The position numbers and the translations under genes are program-made. A DNA stretch of 64,000 nucleotides, taken from positions 64,001 to 128,000 of the forward strand of contig JAXHVD010000006.1 in the NCBI GenBank assembly GCA_034189385.1, read 5' to 3'. Below, one piece after another: positions 1-9,743 of this stretch (the first letter of the stretch is position 1; every line of letters begins with the position of its first letter). This DNA comes from Thermodesulfobacteriota bacterium. Its GTDB lineage: Bacteria; Desulfobacterota; Desulfobacteria; Desulfobacterales; C00003060. The notes beneath the pieces are model-generated. The model was given only the letters and a program-made list of their open reading frames with translations, did no database searches and was not told where the DNA came from.

Positions 1-1734
1 ACGGAGCGCTATGCCACCAGGGTGATCATGGACGAAGACGGCCTGCCGGATTCGATCTGCACGTGCCCTTACGAATTCGACTGCAAGCACGGGGTGGCCG
101 TGGTGATCGAGTACCTCAAGCGGGTCGAAAACAACCGGCGCGTTTCCAAAGCAAATCAGGATGACCGTCGCCTGGAATTGCTGGAAAGTGAAGACTGGGG
201 CGATGAACCGAATGATGACGAAGACGTCGCGCCCGAGGATATACGACAGGATGTCGACGGTTTTCTTAAGGGCAAGACCAAAACCCAGCTCATCGACCTA
301 ATACATGAGCTTGCAGAGCAGTACCCGGAAATGGCAAGGGACCTCACCGACCGAAGACTCTTTGCGTCTGGCGATACAAAGGCGCTGGTGGCACGCTTGC
401 GCGAAGAAATTGACGAGATCACCGAAGAACCCGGCTGGCAGAACTATTGGAAAGGCGATGGCTACACGCCCGACTATTCCGGGATCCGTAAAAAGCTCGA
501 GACGCTGCTCAAGGCGGGGCACGCCGACGAGGTGCTGACCCTGGGCCGGGAGCTGATGACGACCGGCACCCGTCAAATCGAAGAAAGTCATGACGAAGGG
601 GAAACGGCCATGGAAGTTGCCGGCTGTATGCCCATCATCGTCGACGCCTTGGGCCGGTCTTCCCTCCCTGGGGCCGACAGGCTGAACTGGGCGCTGGATG
701 CCGTGCTCGAAGATCAATTTGAGGTGTGCGAGGCCTTTGAAGAATATCTCCAACGGCGGCACCCCAAGTCAGCCTGGCACACGCTTTCAGACAGACTGTT
801 GGCGCGTTTGAATAAGTCTAAAGGGGCCAAGGGCGACACGTTCGGTCGCAACTACGAGCGTGACCGGATCAGCGACTGGGCCATCCACACCCTGGAACGA
901 GCCGGCCGAAAGGAGGAGATCATTCCCTTATGCGAGGCTGAGGCCCGCCAGACATGCAGCTATGATCGTGTAGTCAAACGCCTGGTTGAGGCGCGGCGCT
1001 ATGAAGACGCCGAATATTGGATTCAGGAGGGAATTGCCGCCACAAAAGAAAAATGGCCCGGCATCGCCGCCGGCCTGCGGGATAGACTGCGGGAAATCCG
1101 GACCTCTCAAAAGAACTGGCCTGCCGTGGCGGCGATGCATGTTGAAAAATTCGTGCGCCACCCCTCACAGCAGGCTTTTACAGAATGCAAGAAGGCCGCC
1201 GGCGAGGTCAAGGCCTGGCCCAAGGTGCGCGAAGCCCTATTGCGCTACCTCGAAAAGGGTGAGCTGCCCTGGGAACAAAAGGGCTGGCCCCTTCCGGAGT
1301 CCGACTTGGACCGGCCTGATGCGGATCAGCGCAAGCGGTTTCCCCTGGTTGACGATCTAATCAACATCGCTATCCTTGAAAAAAAGCCCGACCAGGTGCT
1401 GAGATGGTACGATCAGCGTCCTAAAGACCGTTTTGCGTGGTACGGAATGGATGAGGACAGAATCGCCACTGCCGTCCAAGGCCACGCGCCAGATCGGGCC
1501 GTCCAAATGTGGCAAAACACAGCCGAACGCCTAATCGCCCAGGTCAAACCCAGCGCCTACCAGGAGGCGGCCAAGTACCTGCGCAAGGCCGCCAAGGTCA
1601 TGGGTCAGGAAAAGAAGCTGCCAGAGTGGGAAAGCTATTTGAAAGCGCTGAGAGAGCAACACCTACGCAAACGCCGTCTGATGGAAATCTTGGATGGCCT
1701 GGACGGAAAACCGATCGTGAAAAAAAGGCGCTGA
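1..1734 (+). CDS. SWIM zinc-finger protein with helical-repeat C-terminal region (5'-partial)
   Basis: SWIM-type CxC...CxH motif (CTCPYEFDCKH); frame is open from base 1, so the start lies outside the window. Confidence 0.8.
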   Translation, partial: TERYATRVIMDEDGLPDSICTCPYEFDCKHGVAVVIEYLKRVENNRRVSKANQDDRRLELLESEDWGDEPNDDEDVAPEDIRQDVDGFLKGKTKTQLIDLIHELAEQYPEMARDLTDRRLFASGDTKALVARLREEIDEITEEPGWQNYWKGDGYTPDYSGIRKKLETLLKAGHADEVLTLGRELMTTGTRQIEESHDEGETAMEVAGCMPIIVDALGRSSLPGADRLNWALDAVLEDQFEVCEAFEEYLQRRHPKSAWHTLSDRLLARLNKSKGAKGDTFGRNYERDRISDWAIHTLERAGRKEEIIPLCEAEARQTCSYDRVVKRLVEARRYEDAEYWIQEGIAATKEKWPGIAAGLRDRLREIRTSQKNWPAVAAMHVEKFVRHPSQQAFTECKKAAGEVKAWPKVREALLRYLEKGELPWEQKGWPLPESDLDRPDADQRKRFPLVDDLINIAILEKKPDQVLRWYDQRPKDRFAWYGMDEDRIATAVQGHAPDRAVQMWQNTAERLIAQVKPSAYQEAAKYLRKAAKVMGQEKKLPEWESYLKALREQHLRKRRLMEILDGLDGKPIVKKRR

Positions 1735-1739
1735 CAATC

Positions 1740-2963
1740 ATGTCTTCCGGTACCAAACACACATGGACCTTTCGCGCCCGTTTCAGGCGGCATGCCTTTG
1801 GGTGGCGCTCGCAAGCACCGATCAAGCGTATCAAGGAGGCTGTTTCGGAAATCAAGAAGGCGGCCCGCAAAGACCCCGTCCTAGGGGCCGAGGGGGCCGT
1901 GCTGTTCCTGGAAAAGATCTCGCCCGCCATTGAGCAGGTGGACAGCTCCTCCGGTGCCATTGGTACGGCCGTCAACAATGCCATCGAGGCACTGGTACCG
2001 ATCATTGCCGATGCACCGGCCGAGGGCAAGGTGCGCGAAAAATGGCTGAAACGTCTCTGGCAGGCAGTGGAAGCCGATGATATCCCCTACATCGAGATGG
2101 TTCCTGATCATTGGGGTACGCTGTGTGTGACTCCCGAACGGGCCTCGCGTTGGGCTGACGAGTTCATTGATGGGGTGCGGATGACGTGGGGGCCGGATCC
2201 GGAACTGCGCGGGTACTACAAGGGGACCGCGGCCTGTCTGAGCACCCTGCTCAAGGCCGGACGAAATGCCGAAATCATGGAACTGCTCGAAGGTGCCCCC
2301 TACAAGTTCTGGCATGATCGGAAATGGGGGGTGAAAGCCCTTCTGGCCATGGGCAAGAAGGCCGAAGCGCTTCGTTTTGCCGAAGATTCCCGGGGGCTGA
2401 ATCAACCGGATTCTATAATCAGCAAAGCCTGTGAAGAAATCCTGCTCGAAAGCGGCATGTTAGAGGAGGCCTTCAGTCGCTATGCCATGGGGGCCAATCA
2501 GAAAACCACCTACCTGGCAACCTTTCTCGCCATTATCAAAAAGTATCCGAACAAGAAGCCTGTGGATGTTTTGAAAGATCTTGTTGTCAGCACACCCGGC
2601 CTCGAGGGCAAGTGGTTTGCGGCGGCCAAATCGGAAGGGCTGTATAATGAAGCGATTGAGCTGGCCAATCGCAGCCCCTGCGACCCCAGGACGCTTACCC
2701 GGGCTGCCCGGGACATGGCTGAAACGGAACCACGATTTGCCGTTGAGGCCGGCATGGCGTCACTGCGGTGGCTGGTTGAGGGCTACGGTTACGAGATCAC
2801 CGGCGCGGACGTTTGGGCGGCCTATGACTACACCATGAAAGCTGCCGAGAACGGGGGATTCAGATCTGAGACCTTCGAACGGATCCGCAAATTGGTTGCG
2901 GCAGAGAAGACTGGTGAAGGTTTCGTCACCAGGGTTTTAGGCTGCGAACTCGGGTTGATATAG
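1740..2963 (+). CDS. Conserved hypothetical alpha-helical protein
   Basis: ATG 5 nt after the SWIM gene stop; 407 aa beginning MSSGTKHTWTFRARFRRHAFGW; no recognisable catalytic motif. Confidence 0.75.
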   Translation: MSSGTKHTWTFRARFRRHAFGWRSQAPIKRIKEAVSEIKKAARKDPVLGAEGAVLFLEKISPAIEQVDSSSGAIGTAVNNAIEALVPIIADAPAEGKVREKWLKRLWQAVEADDIPYIEMVPDHWGTLCVTPERASRWADEFIDGVRMTWGPDPELRGYYKGTAACLSTLLKAGRNAEIMELLEGAPYKFWHDRKWGVKALLAMGKKAEALRFAEDSRGLNQPDSIISKACEEILLESGMLEEAFSRYAMGANQKTTYLATFLAIIKKYPNKKPVDVLKDLVVSTPGLEGKWFAAAKSEGLYNEAIELANRSPCDPRTLTRAARDMAETEPRFAVEAGMASLRWLVEGYGYEITGADVWAAYDYTMKAAENGGFRSETFERIRKLVAAEKTGEGFVTRVLGCELGLI

Positions 2964-3268
2964 GTCAGAAGAGGGAACCAACGTCAGGTTACCAACTAGA
3001 GCAAATACGGTCCACACGTTGCACCAGCCTCATGATTGTGAAGAACTCACAGGCTGAAACAGCTCTTACCCTTCAGAATTCTTGACAAAACACCTGTTCC
3101 CTACTAGGGTCCTGGGCATGCCCTTTTCACCCGAAAATCCAAACAGCAAGGAAGGCCCCGGCCTTGAATAAGAGGCACGCCTAACATAAGAAACAGCGGC
3201 CTCTTTTGGTTTCTGGGGCAGGCCGGCCCACTCTTGGCTCGCACCTCTTTCACGGAAAGGCAGAAAAG

Positions 3269-4006
3269 ATGATGAAAAGACTGGCTGTTGTATTCTTGGT
3301 CTCCTTCCTCACACTGTTCTCATCGGCCGTCTTGGCCCAGGACAGCAATCAAGGCAAAAACAACTATCTTACTGTCACACTTGGACAGGTCTTTCCGAAG
3401 GACCTGGATTCCGATGAGAGGTATCCGGACCGGGTCTCCTTATCTGATGTAAAGCTGGAAAACGGCTTTATCGTTGGTGTCAAGGCAGGCCACATTCCCA
3501 AGAGGCTCACCCATGTGGAGCCGCTGGCAATAGCATTAGAACTTGAGGCCTTTGCGATTTCCGGAACGGACATCGAGGGAGAGTCTTACTACTTTCACCC
3601 TTTTGGTACAGACGTGGATCTTCATGCAGATGTTTCCATCATGGCGCTCATGTTCAATCTGCTTCTGCGAGACCCTTATGGTCAGGTCCATCCATACGGG
3701 GGCTTTGGAATGGGCTGGACCTGGCTTGACATGGAAGATGTGAAATTGGCCATGGAACCGGGATTTGAGTGGTCCGACGTGCCAACGAATATCAATAAGC
3801 AAGGAGACTTAGATGACGACTCTTTTGCGTTTCAAATCCTCCTTGGTGTCAATATAGACCTTACTCAGGCACTTTCGGCGGACTTAGGTTATCGATATCT
3901 TCGCATAGAGCCAGAAATTGAGTTCACAAAAGGGGGGGTCGATCTTGATACGAAGATGACCTTCACCACCCACATGATCACGGTCGGCTTAACCTACGCG
4001 TTCTAG
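3269..4006 (+). CDS. Outer-membrane beta-barrel protein (OmpA-TM/opacity-like)
   Basis: Signal peptide MMKRLAVVFL...VLA, PYGGFGMG motif, alternating beta strands, C-terminal Phe (LTYAF). Confidence 0.8.
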   Translation: MMKRLAVVFLVSFLTLFSSAVLAQDSNQGKNNYLTVTLGQVFPKDLDSDERYPDRVSLSDVKLENGFIVGVKAGHIPKRLTHVEPLAIALELEAFAISGTDIEGESYYFHPFGTDVDLHADVSIMALMFNLLLRDPYGQVHPYGGFGMGWTWLDMEDVKLAMEPGFEWSDVPTNINKQGDLDDDSFAFQILLGVNIDLTQALSADLGYRYLRIEPEIEFTKGGVDLDTKMTFTTHMITVGLTYAF

Positions 4007-4059
4007 TGGACGGACTGGTAAGAAAGGGGCAAGGGCTGCCGTGAGCCCCCCGATAAGAG

Positions 4060-4134
4060 TGGTAGGCACGGCGGGATTTGAACCCGCGACTTCTACCGTG
4101 TCAGGGTAGCGCTCTCCCCCTGAGCTACGTGCCT
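4060..4134 (-). tRNA. tRNA-Val(GAC)
   Basis: Reverse complement folds as a cloverleaf: acceptor AGGCACG/CGTGCCT, anticodon loop CTGACAC, T-loop TTCAAAT, encoded CCA. Confidence 0.97.
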
Positions 4135-4210
4135 AGAACAGGACATTTCGCTAACAAGTATTGCTGATCGTGTCAAGAAAAATGCAAGGGGCCATGGCCA
4201 CAAGCAGGGG

Positions 4211-4780
4211 TCACGAAACCGTGTTTGGGGTCTCCTCTTGGAGAATGCTGAGCCCCCTATAGATGTATTGTAATCCCGAGACCACTGTCATGGCAGCCGT
4301 GAACCAAAACAAAGTCGATTGTATTGAAATCATTTTCGGCACCTGGAACCCAACCAGGACAGAGCAGACCGTTGCCAGCTGGGCAACAGTGGTAATCTTG
4401 CTCAAAATGGAAGGCCTCGCCTCAAAATCCCGATCCATGATGTTCAAAAGGGCCACCCCAAATAGTATCACCATATCTCGTGTCATGACGATCACTGCAA
4501 GCCAGCTCGGGATGAAGCCTTGAACGGCCAGCGTGATAAATGCTGTCAACAATAGGAATTTGTCGGCCACAGGGTCAAGGTAGGTCCCCAGCATTGTCTT
4601 CTGTCGATAGACACGGGCCACAAATCCGTCAAGCCCATCTGTAATCGCCGCTATGGCAAAAACCAGCAGGGCGGCCACCCACAGGTGCCTAATCAGGCAG
4701 ATGGCAAAAAGTGGGGTCAGTAGAATCCTCAGGAGGGTCAAGGAATTGGGGATATTTATGGGAATAGCTCGTCTCACCAT
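4211..4780 (-). CDS. CDP-alcohol phosphatidyltransferase (PgsA-like)
   Basis: NIPNSLTLLR and DGLDGFVAR...LGTYLDPVADK signature; start is approximate. Confidence 0.88.
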   Translation of the reverse strand: MVRRAIPINIPNSLTLLRILLTPLFAICLIRHLWVAALLVFAIAAITDGLDGFVARVYRQKTMLGTYLDPVADKFLLLTAFITLAVQGFIPSWLAVIVMTRDMVILFGVALLNIMDRDFEARPSILSKITTVAQLATVCSVLVGFQVPKMISIQSTLFWFTAAMTVVSGLQYIYRGLSILQEETPNTVS

Positions 4781-4887
4781 GACAGGATCGGTTCTTGCCC
4801 CCGAGTCTATCTCAACCAGCCGTCTTCGAGACCCCAGGCCCTGGTGCGTAAACTCTAGCCCCTTGATGGCCAGTTTTCCACTCGTTA

Positions 4888-6186
4888 TCAATAGCCAGCA
4901 GGGGCGTAGGTTTTAAGATCATCAGAATGATACGTCTCCCAGTCGTCCTCTGGCCTTTTCCACCCTTTCCAGACATCTTGTTTCCGTATGATCTCCAGCC
5001 TTATCCGACTCCGATCCACCTCGAAAATATTGACTCCAAAGCCCTCAAAGCGCTTCAACATTAACTCGTCTGCCAGCATCCGGCTGTTTCCCTTTATGTC
5101 CACGTCCATCTTGGCCTCCCCGGCCTTGATAGCTTTTAGATGAACATCCTTGACGCTGTGAATCTCATCTCTGAGAATGGTCCGGAATTTGACAAAATCA
5201 CCATATTCCTCAATACCGCCCACCGTTAACTCCACGAGGAGGGGTTGACCTGCCTCCTTGCTCCAGTTTGCCACGAGTTGTTTACTCAGATCTTCGGCCA
5301 CGTCTGATGCAGCAAGCGCGAGTGCTTCAGTGCCAGCAACCATTTCATCTGCATGAACAGAAGCCCTGGTCCTCTCAAACGCGCCAATCGCCCTGCCGTT
5401 GTCGACCCGGATGGCGCGGACGGATAGCACCCCTTCAACGTTCTTCACACCCATACCTGAAACGTTCCCGCCGATGCGAGCGGAGCCTTGCCCCACAATC
5501 ACCACCTCAGCATTCAACTTCCTTGCGAGCCTGATGGCGACATCATCGCTTAATTCGCGCCCCTGGGATTCAGGGTCCAAGTGAATCCCCAGTGTAGAGG
5601 CTCTTGTCTTGTCGATGACAAAAAAACCCTTCTCGCGCATGTACCGTGATAGGGTCTTCTCAATGGTCAACTCGGAATCACTGAAGGGGCCTCGATCCCC
5701 GGAATAGCGAGGCAAGACCTGGCCTATGTTTTGCTCCCATAACAAGAACACGACACTCGGCATCCCTTTGTCCGTCGTAAGGATGCCCACGTCCTGCAAC
5801 ATCCCCTGAAGGACCTCACGGAACATGGTAACCCGCACCACCAACCGGTAATATGGACCAGATTGGGACTCTGTAAGCACCTTGTAATCATGTATAACCT
5901 CATCGGCTTTGGGATAGATTTCATCGCTCAATCGCTGAAAGCTCTCCACCACTGACGCCGACGGGACCAAAAGACCTACTCCTTGTTCAACAGCGTTTCG
6001 CAGGCCATCGGCAATAGCCTCGTCCCTGGCCTTGGCCACGTTGTCACGGTAGATCCTCCCTCTACCGATGACCTCCAAGATCTCCGTTTCTTCCGTCTGC
6101 TGGCCCCATGCCACAGGGCGAACCCCGCAGATATAGGCACACAAGAAAACTACCATCGAAACCCACACGTTGCTGAATCTTCTCAC
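4888..6186 (-). CDS. Exported protein with FlgT N-terminal-like domain
   Basis: Signal peptide; ARDEAIADGLRNAVEQ motif typical of FlgT_N/LPP20-like domains. Confidence 0.6.
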   Translation of the reverse strand: MRRFSNVWVSMVVFLCAYICGVRPVAWGQQTEETEILEVIGRGRIYRDNVAKARDEAIADGLRNAVEQGVGLLVPSASVVESFQRLSDEIYPKADEVIHDYKVLTESQSGPYYRLVVRVTMFREVLQGMLQDVGILTTDKGMPSVVFLLWEQNIGQVLPRYSGDRGPFSDSELTIEKTLSRYMREKGFFVIDKTRASTLGIHLDPESQGRELSDDVAIRLARKLNAEVVIVGQGSARIGGNVSGMGVKNVEGVLSVRAIRVDNGRAIGAFERTRASVHADEMVAGTEALALAASDVAEDLSKQLVANWSKEAGQPLLVELTVGGIEEYGDFVKFRTILRDEIHSVKDVHLKAIKAGEAKMDVDIKGNSRMLADELMLKRFEGFGVNIFEVDRSRIRLEIIRKQDVWKGWKRPEDDWETYHSDDLKTYAPAGY

Positions 6187-6393
6187 GTCCCGTCCCCTAC
6201 ATGCAATCAGGACCTTTATAACAGACCCTTCAGTGGCTGGCTTCTCCCTTGGCCCCTGGAAGGACAGATTCTAATTCCCACCAATACATGGATCTCCCGC
6301 TGGCCGCAGAAGATCTGTGCTCTATATACTCACGGGTGTGACATTTATCAATTGCAAAATCAAGGCGTGGGGGGTCGGCAGTGCTAGCGCACC

Positions 6394-7953
6394 TTACAAG
6401 ACAGCTCGCTTGTCCATTTTCTCGGCCTCCACATCGTGCTGCAACAAGAATTGAATCCGGTTGATGGCCTCCACATAGGCCTTGGCACTTGCCTTTAGGA
6501 TGTCGGTGCTGGACCCCCTGCCCAAAGCACGATGCCCCTCGCGGGAAACCCGCACCGTAGATATCCCCATCGCCTCTTTTGTCTCAGTAACGGCCTTCAC
6601 ATGCCAGTCCTCCAACTTGTGGAACGCCCCTACAATCTTGTCAATGGCCTTGAAGATGGCATCGATGGGGCCGTCCCCTTCAGAACTTGCCTCCAGCGTG
6701 ACTTCTTCCCTCCGGAGCCTCACCCGGGCTTCAGGGGCATCACCATTACCCGTAGTGACCTTGTATGATTCAAGCACGAAAAGCTGGCTCCCTGCCAGCT
6801 GGGCAAAGATCACATCCTGCACAATGACATCCACATCCTCATCATAGACCCGTTTCTTCTTGTCGGCCACCTCCAGAAAGTGGTCATACACCCTTTCAAA
6901 TTCCTCTTCATTAAGATGGTAGCCCATTTTTGAAATCTTGTCCTTTAGCGCATGTCTGCCCGATCTCGCCGTAAGGACCATCTCGTGCTCCGTAATCCCC
7001 AAGTCCTCGGGGCGGATAACTTCATAGGTGGAGCGATCTTTGAGTATGCCATCCTGGTGGACACCGGAAGAGTGGGCAAAGGCATTGGAGCCAACAATGG
7101 CCTTGTTGGCCTGAACCGGTATGCCCATAAGGCGGCTCACCAGCTTACTGGTACGCATGATCTCTTTCGTGTTCACCGAAGTCTGAAAGTTGAAATAGTC
7201 CTTCCGTGTCCTAAGAGCCATGACCAGTTCCTCTAAAGAGGCATTACCTGCCCTTTCTCCAAGGCCGTTCATGGTACACTCGACCTGTCTCGCCCCATTG
7301 ACGATGGCAGCCAGACTGTTTGCCGTAGCTAGGCCCAAATCATTATGGCAATGAACACTGAGAACCACCTTATCGATATTGGACACCCTTTCTTTGAGAT
7401 AGGCGATGAGATCTCCAAACTGCTTCGGCACAGCGTAGCCAACCGTATCTGGGATATTGACCACAGTAGCCCCGGCCTCAATCACCTTCTCTACCACCTT
7501 GGCCAGATAGTCCGGTGCTGTGCGCGAAGCGTCCTCGGTGGAGTACTCCACGTTGGGGCATAGAGATTTGGCAAGCTTTAAGGCCTCAAGGCCCCGCTCT
7601 AATGCCTTTTCTCGGTCGAGGCCAAATTTTTTCTGGATGTGGACATCTGAGGTGCCAAGAAAGACATGAATGCGGGGACGTTCTGCCTTTTTGATGGCAT
7701 CCCAGGCTGTTTCTATGTCTTTTTGAACGGCCCGGGCAAGGGCCACAATGGTGGGGCCCTTCACATTTTCAGCGATCCCTTCTACGGCCTGAAAGTCCCC
7801 TGGAGATGAGATAGGAAAGCCGGCCTCAATGCAGTCTACCTGCAATCTTGCAAGTTGCAGGGCAATTTCCAGCTTTTCTCTCGGATTTAAACACGCCCCC
7901 GGAATCTGTTCTCCGTCTCTCAATGTCGTGTCAAAAACAGCTATTTTTTCCAT
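6394..7953 (-). CDS. leuA: 2-isopropylmalate synthase
   Basis: FDTTLRDGEQ, HCHNDLG and GERAGN motifs; C-terminal regulatory domain (GDGPIDA); ATG at 7953 after a purine-rich RBS. Confidence 0.96.
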   Translation of the reverse strand: MEKIAVFDTTLRDGEQIPGACLNPREKLEIALQLARLQVDCIEAGFPISSPGDFQAVEGIAENVKGPTIVALARAVQKDIETAWDAIKKAERPRIHVFLGTSDVHIQKKFGLDREKALERGLEALKLAKSLCPNVEYSTEDASRTAPDYLAKVVEKVIEAGATVVNIPDTVGYAVPKQFGDLIAYLKERVSNIDKVVLSVHCHNDLGLATANSLAAIVNGARQVECTMNGLGERAGNASLEELVMALRTRKDYFNFQTSVNTKEIMRTSKLVSRLMGIPVQANKAIVGSNAFAHSSGVHQDGILKDRSTYEVIRPEDLGITEHEMVLTARSGRHALKDKISKMGYHLNEEEFERVYDHFLEVADKKKRVYDEDVDVIVQDVIFAQLAGSQLFVLESYKVTTGNGDAPEARVRLRREEVTLEASSEGDGPIDAIFKAIDKIVGAFHKLEDWHVKAVTETKEAMGISTVRVSREGHRALGRGSSTDILKASAKAYVEAINRIQFLLQHDVEAEKMDKRAVL

Positions 7954-8077
7954 CTCTTCTTCCCCCCTGGCTATGCAGTTTGTCTGAATCGGGATGAGAA
8001 ATCCCCCCTCAAGGGCCCTCCCATGCCCCCCGAGAGAGGGGGCGCCATGAAGCTTTCTGAGAGGGCTCCTTCCAACC

Positions 8078-8120
8078 AAAGAAAACAAAAAAGCCACAGA
8101 TCCTGCAAGCCCCCTGTGGC
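8078..8120 (-). terminator. Second terminator-like hairpin in leuA leader
   Basis: GCCACAG/CTGTGGC stem followed by TTTTTTGTTTTCTTT on the minus strand. Confidence 0.55.
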
Positions 8121-8124
8121 CTCC

Positions 8125-8160
8125 AAAAAGAAGGGCCGCAGGTTTTGCTGCCTGCGGCCC
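8125..8160 (-). terminator. leu attenuator terminator
   Basis: Perfect 10-bp stem GGGCCGCAGG/CCTGCGGCCC, 8-nt loop, then TTCTTTTT. Confidence 0.85.
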
Positions 8161-8185
8161 GTGATTGCTAAGACGGTGCGTTTGA

Positions 8186-8254
8186 CTACCGCAAGCAGCC
8201 TCCTCCCCGAAGGAGCCCCAAAAGAAGCAAAAGCGCTAGCGACAGTGAACGCAT
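8186..8254 (-). CDS. leu leader peptide (22 aa, 10 Leu)
   Basis: MRSLSLALLLLLGLLRGGGCLR*, AAGGA RBS, directly upstream of the terminator and leuA. Confidence 0.85.
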   Translation of the reverse strand: MRSLSLALLLLLGLLRGGGCLR

Positions 8255-8616
8255 ACCAAGTTCCTTTCAATTCAATGATAATAATCAGCAGACCATGCTG
8301 TTTTCCAAATGTCAAGCCATTTTTCTATACTATCGGCAAAAAGACAAAACCCTTGACTTGGATTCTGTCGGTTGCTAACAATCCCCCCGATTAACGATGC
8401 TCTTGGTCAACCTTTACGGCCAATTTCTCTGGGGCGAAGTTGGCCTTCTTATTTGAGGGGGAACTTGTCAAAAATTCAGGGCGACAGGTCGTTTAATTCG
8501 AAAATGGTTGAGTGTGTGAGCAAGTTTCAGACCTTTACGAATTCAATTACCTGTCGGCCGAGTAAATTTTAGGAGTTTTGCCAGGACTTATTTAGAACGA
8601 ACATAGAGGTGGAATT

Positions 8617-9420
8617 ATGAAACTTGACGAACACATCATCACCAAGGCTATCGTCCAGCGTTTCACTGAAAAGTGGCTGGACCATCTCCATTTGGACGTG
8701 GCCATCGTAGGGGGAGGCCCCTCAGGACTGGTAGCAGCCTACTATCTGGCAAAAAGCGGAAGGAAAGTGGCCCTCTTTGAACGCAAACTGAGCATCGGAG
8801 GCGGCGTGTGGGGCGGCGGAATGATGTTCAACGAAATCGTGGTTCAAGAAGAAGGCAAGAAGATTCTCGATGAAGTGGGCGTTTCTACGGAGCCTTTTGA
8901 GACCGGATACCATACTGCTGACGCCGTGGAAACGGCCAGTACCCTGACTTCCAAGGCATGCCAGGCAGGCACAAAGGTGTTCAACCTCATGACCGTGGAG
9001 GATGTGATGATCCGCCAGTCAGAGGGTCCGGAATCGGTGCGAGTCGTTGGACTGGTGCTCAACTGGACAGCCGTGGAAAAGGCTGCACTACATGTAGACC
9101 CCCTGACGGTCCGGGCCCGCTACACGATTGATGCCACCGGTCATGCCACTGAATTGATGCACCTTATCGTCAGGAAATCAGGAGCAAGGCTGCTGACGCC
9201 AACGGGAGACGTGGTGGGCGAAAAGTCGCTTTGGGCGGAGGTAGCAGAACAGTCTACCCTTGAAAATACGCGGGAGGCTTTCCCCGGTGTCTATGTCACA
9301 GGGATGGCGGCCAATGCCACGTTTGGGTCTTTCCGCATGGGCCCCATATTCGGCGGGATGCTCCTTTCTGGGAAAAAGGCCGCGGAGTTGATTCTCCAGC
9401 GATTGGAGACCGACACATAG
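8617..9420 (+). CDS. thi4: Sulfide-dependent adenosine-diphosphate thiazole synthase (His-type Thi4)
   Basis: [23 protein letters not shown] and [13 protein letters not shown] motifs. Confidence 0.95.
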   Translation: MKLDEHIITKAIVQRFTEKWLDHLHLDVAIVGGGPSGLVAAYYLAKSGRKVALFERKLSIGGGVWGGGMMFNEIVVQEEGKKILDEVGVSTEPFETGYHTADAVETASTLTSKACQAGTKVFNLMTVEDVMIRQSEGPESVRVVGLVLNWTAVEKAALHVDPLTVRARYTIDATGHATELMHLIVRKSGARLLTPTGDVVGEKSLWAEVAEQSTLENTREAFPGVYVTGMAANATFGSFRMGPIFGGMLLSGKKAAELILQRLETDT

Positions 9421-9743
9421 GGTCGGCCACCCCCCTTGCCGGGGATCTCTCAAACACGCATCTCCCCAGGGCAATGACTACTCCATCTGGGTATACAACC
9501 CTTGGGGCCTGTCGGTCTGTCCCCCTTGACAAATGGGAGCCACTCCGAATGTAAGGCCATGGGCCTGAAGGACTGCGACAGGCTCGCTTTCGTTTACTGT
9601 CTCCATTCTGCTTCCTACAGTAGGCCTTGATGCAAGAAGCCCGTTCCAATCCTTTCTTCTGGAACCCTTTGTTGCGAATCGACGGGCTGACGTGGCGGCG
9701 GAAACTGCCACGCCCAGAGAGTCTCCAGGCATGCGCCATCTAC

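Noticed and set aside
1509..1739. N-terminal extension of the 484-aa ORF
   Set aside because: It overlaps the SWIM gene; ATG at 1740 fits operon spacing
3037..3051. TGTGA-N5-TCACA palindrome as a CRP site
   Set aside because: CRP-family sites need a 6-nt spacer; this has 5
7954..8097. Longer leuA start from the ORF track
   Set aside because: It runs through attenuator hairpins; family homology starts at MEKIAVFDTTLRDG
9421..9743. Hairpin-rich gap and 84-aa ORF between thi4 and priA
   Set aside because: No match to RNA families I recognise and the ORF has no motif; hairpins are explicable as terminators of convergent genes
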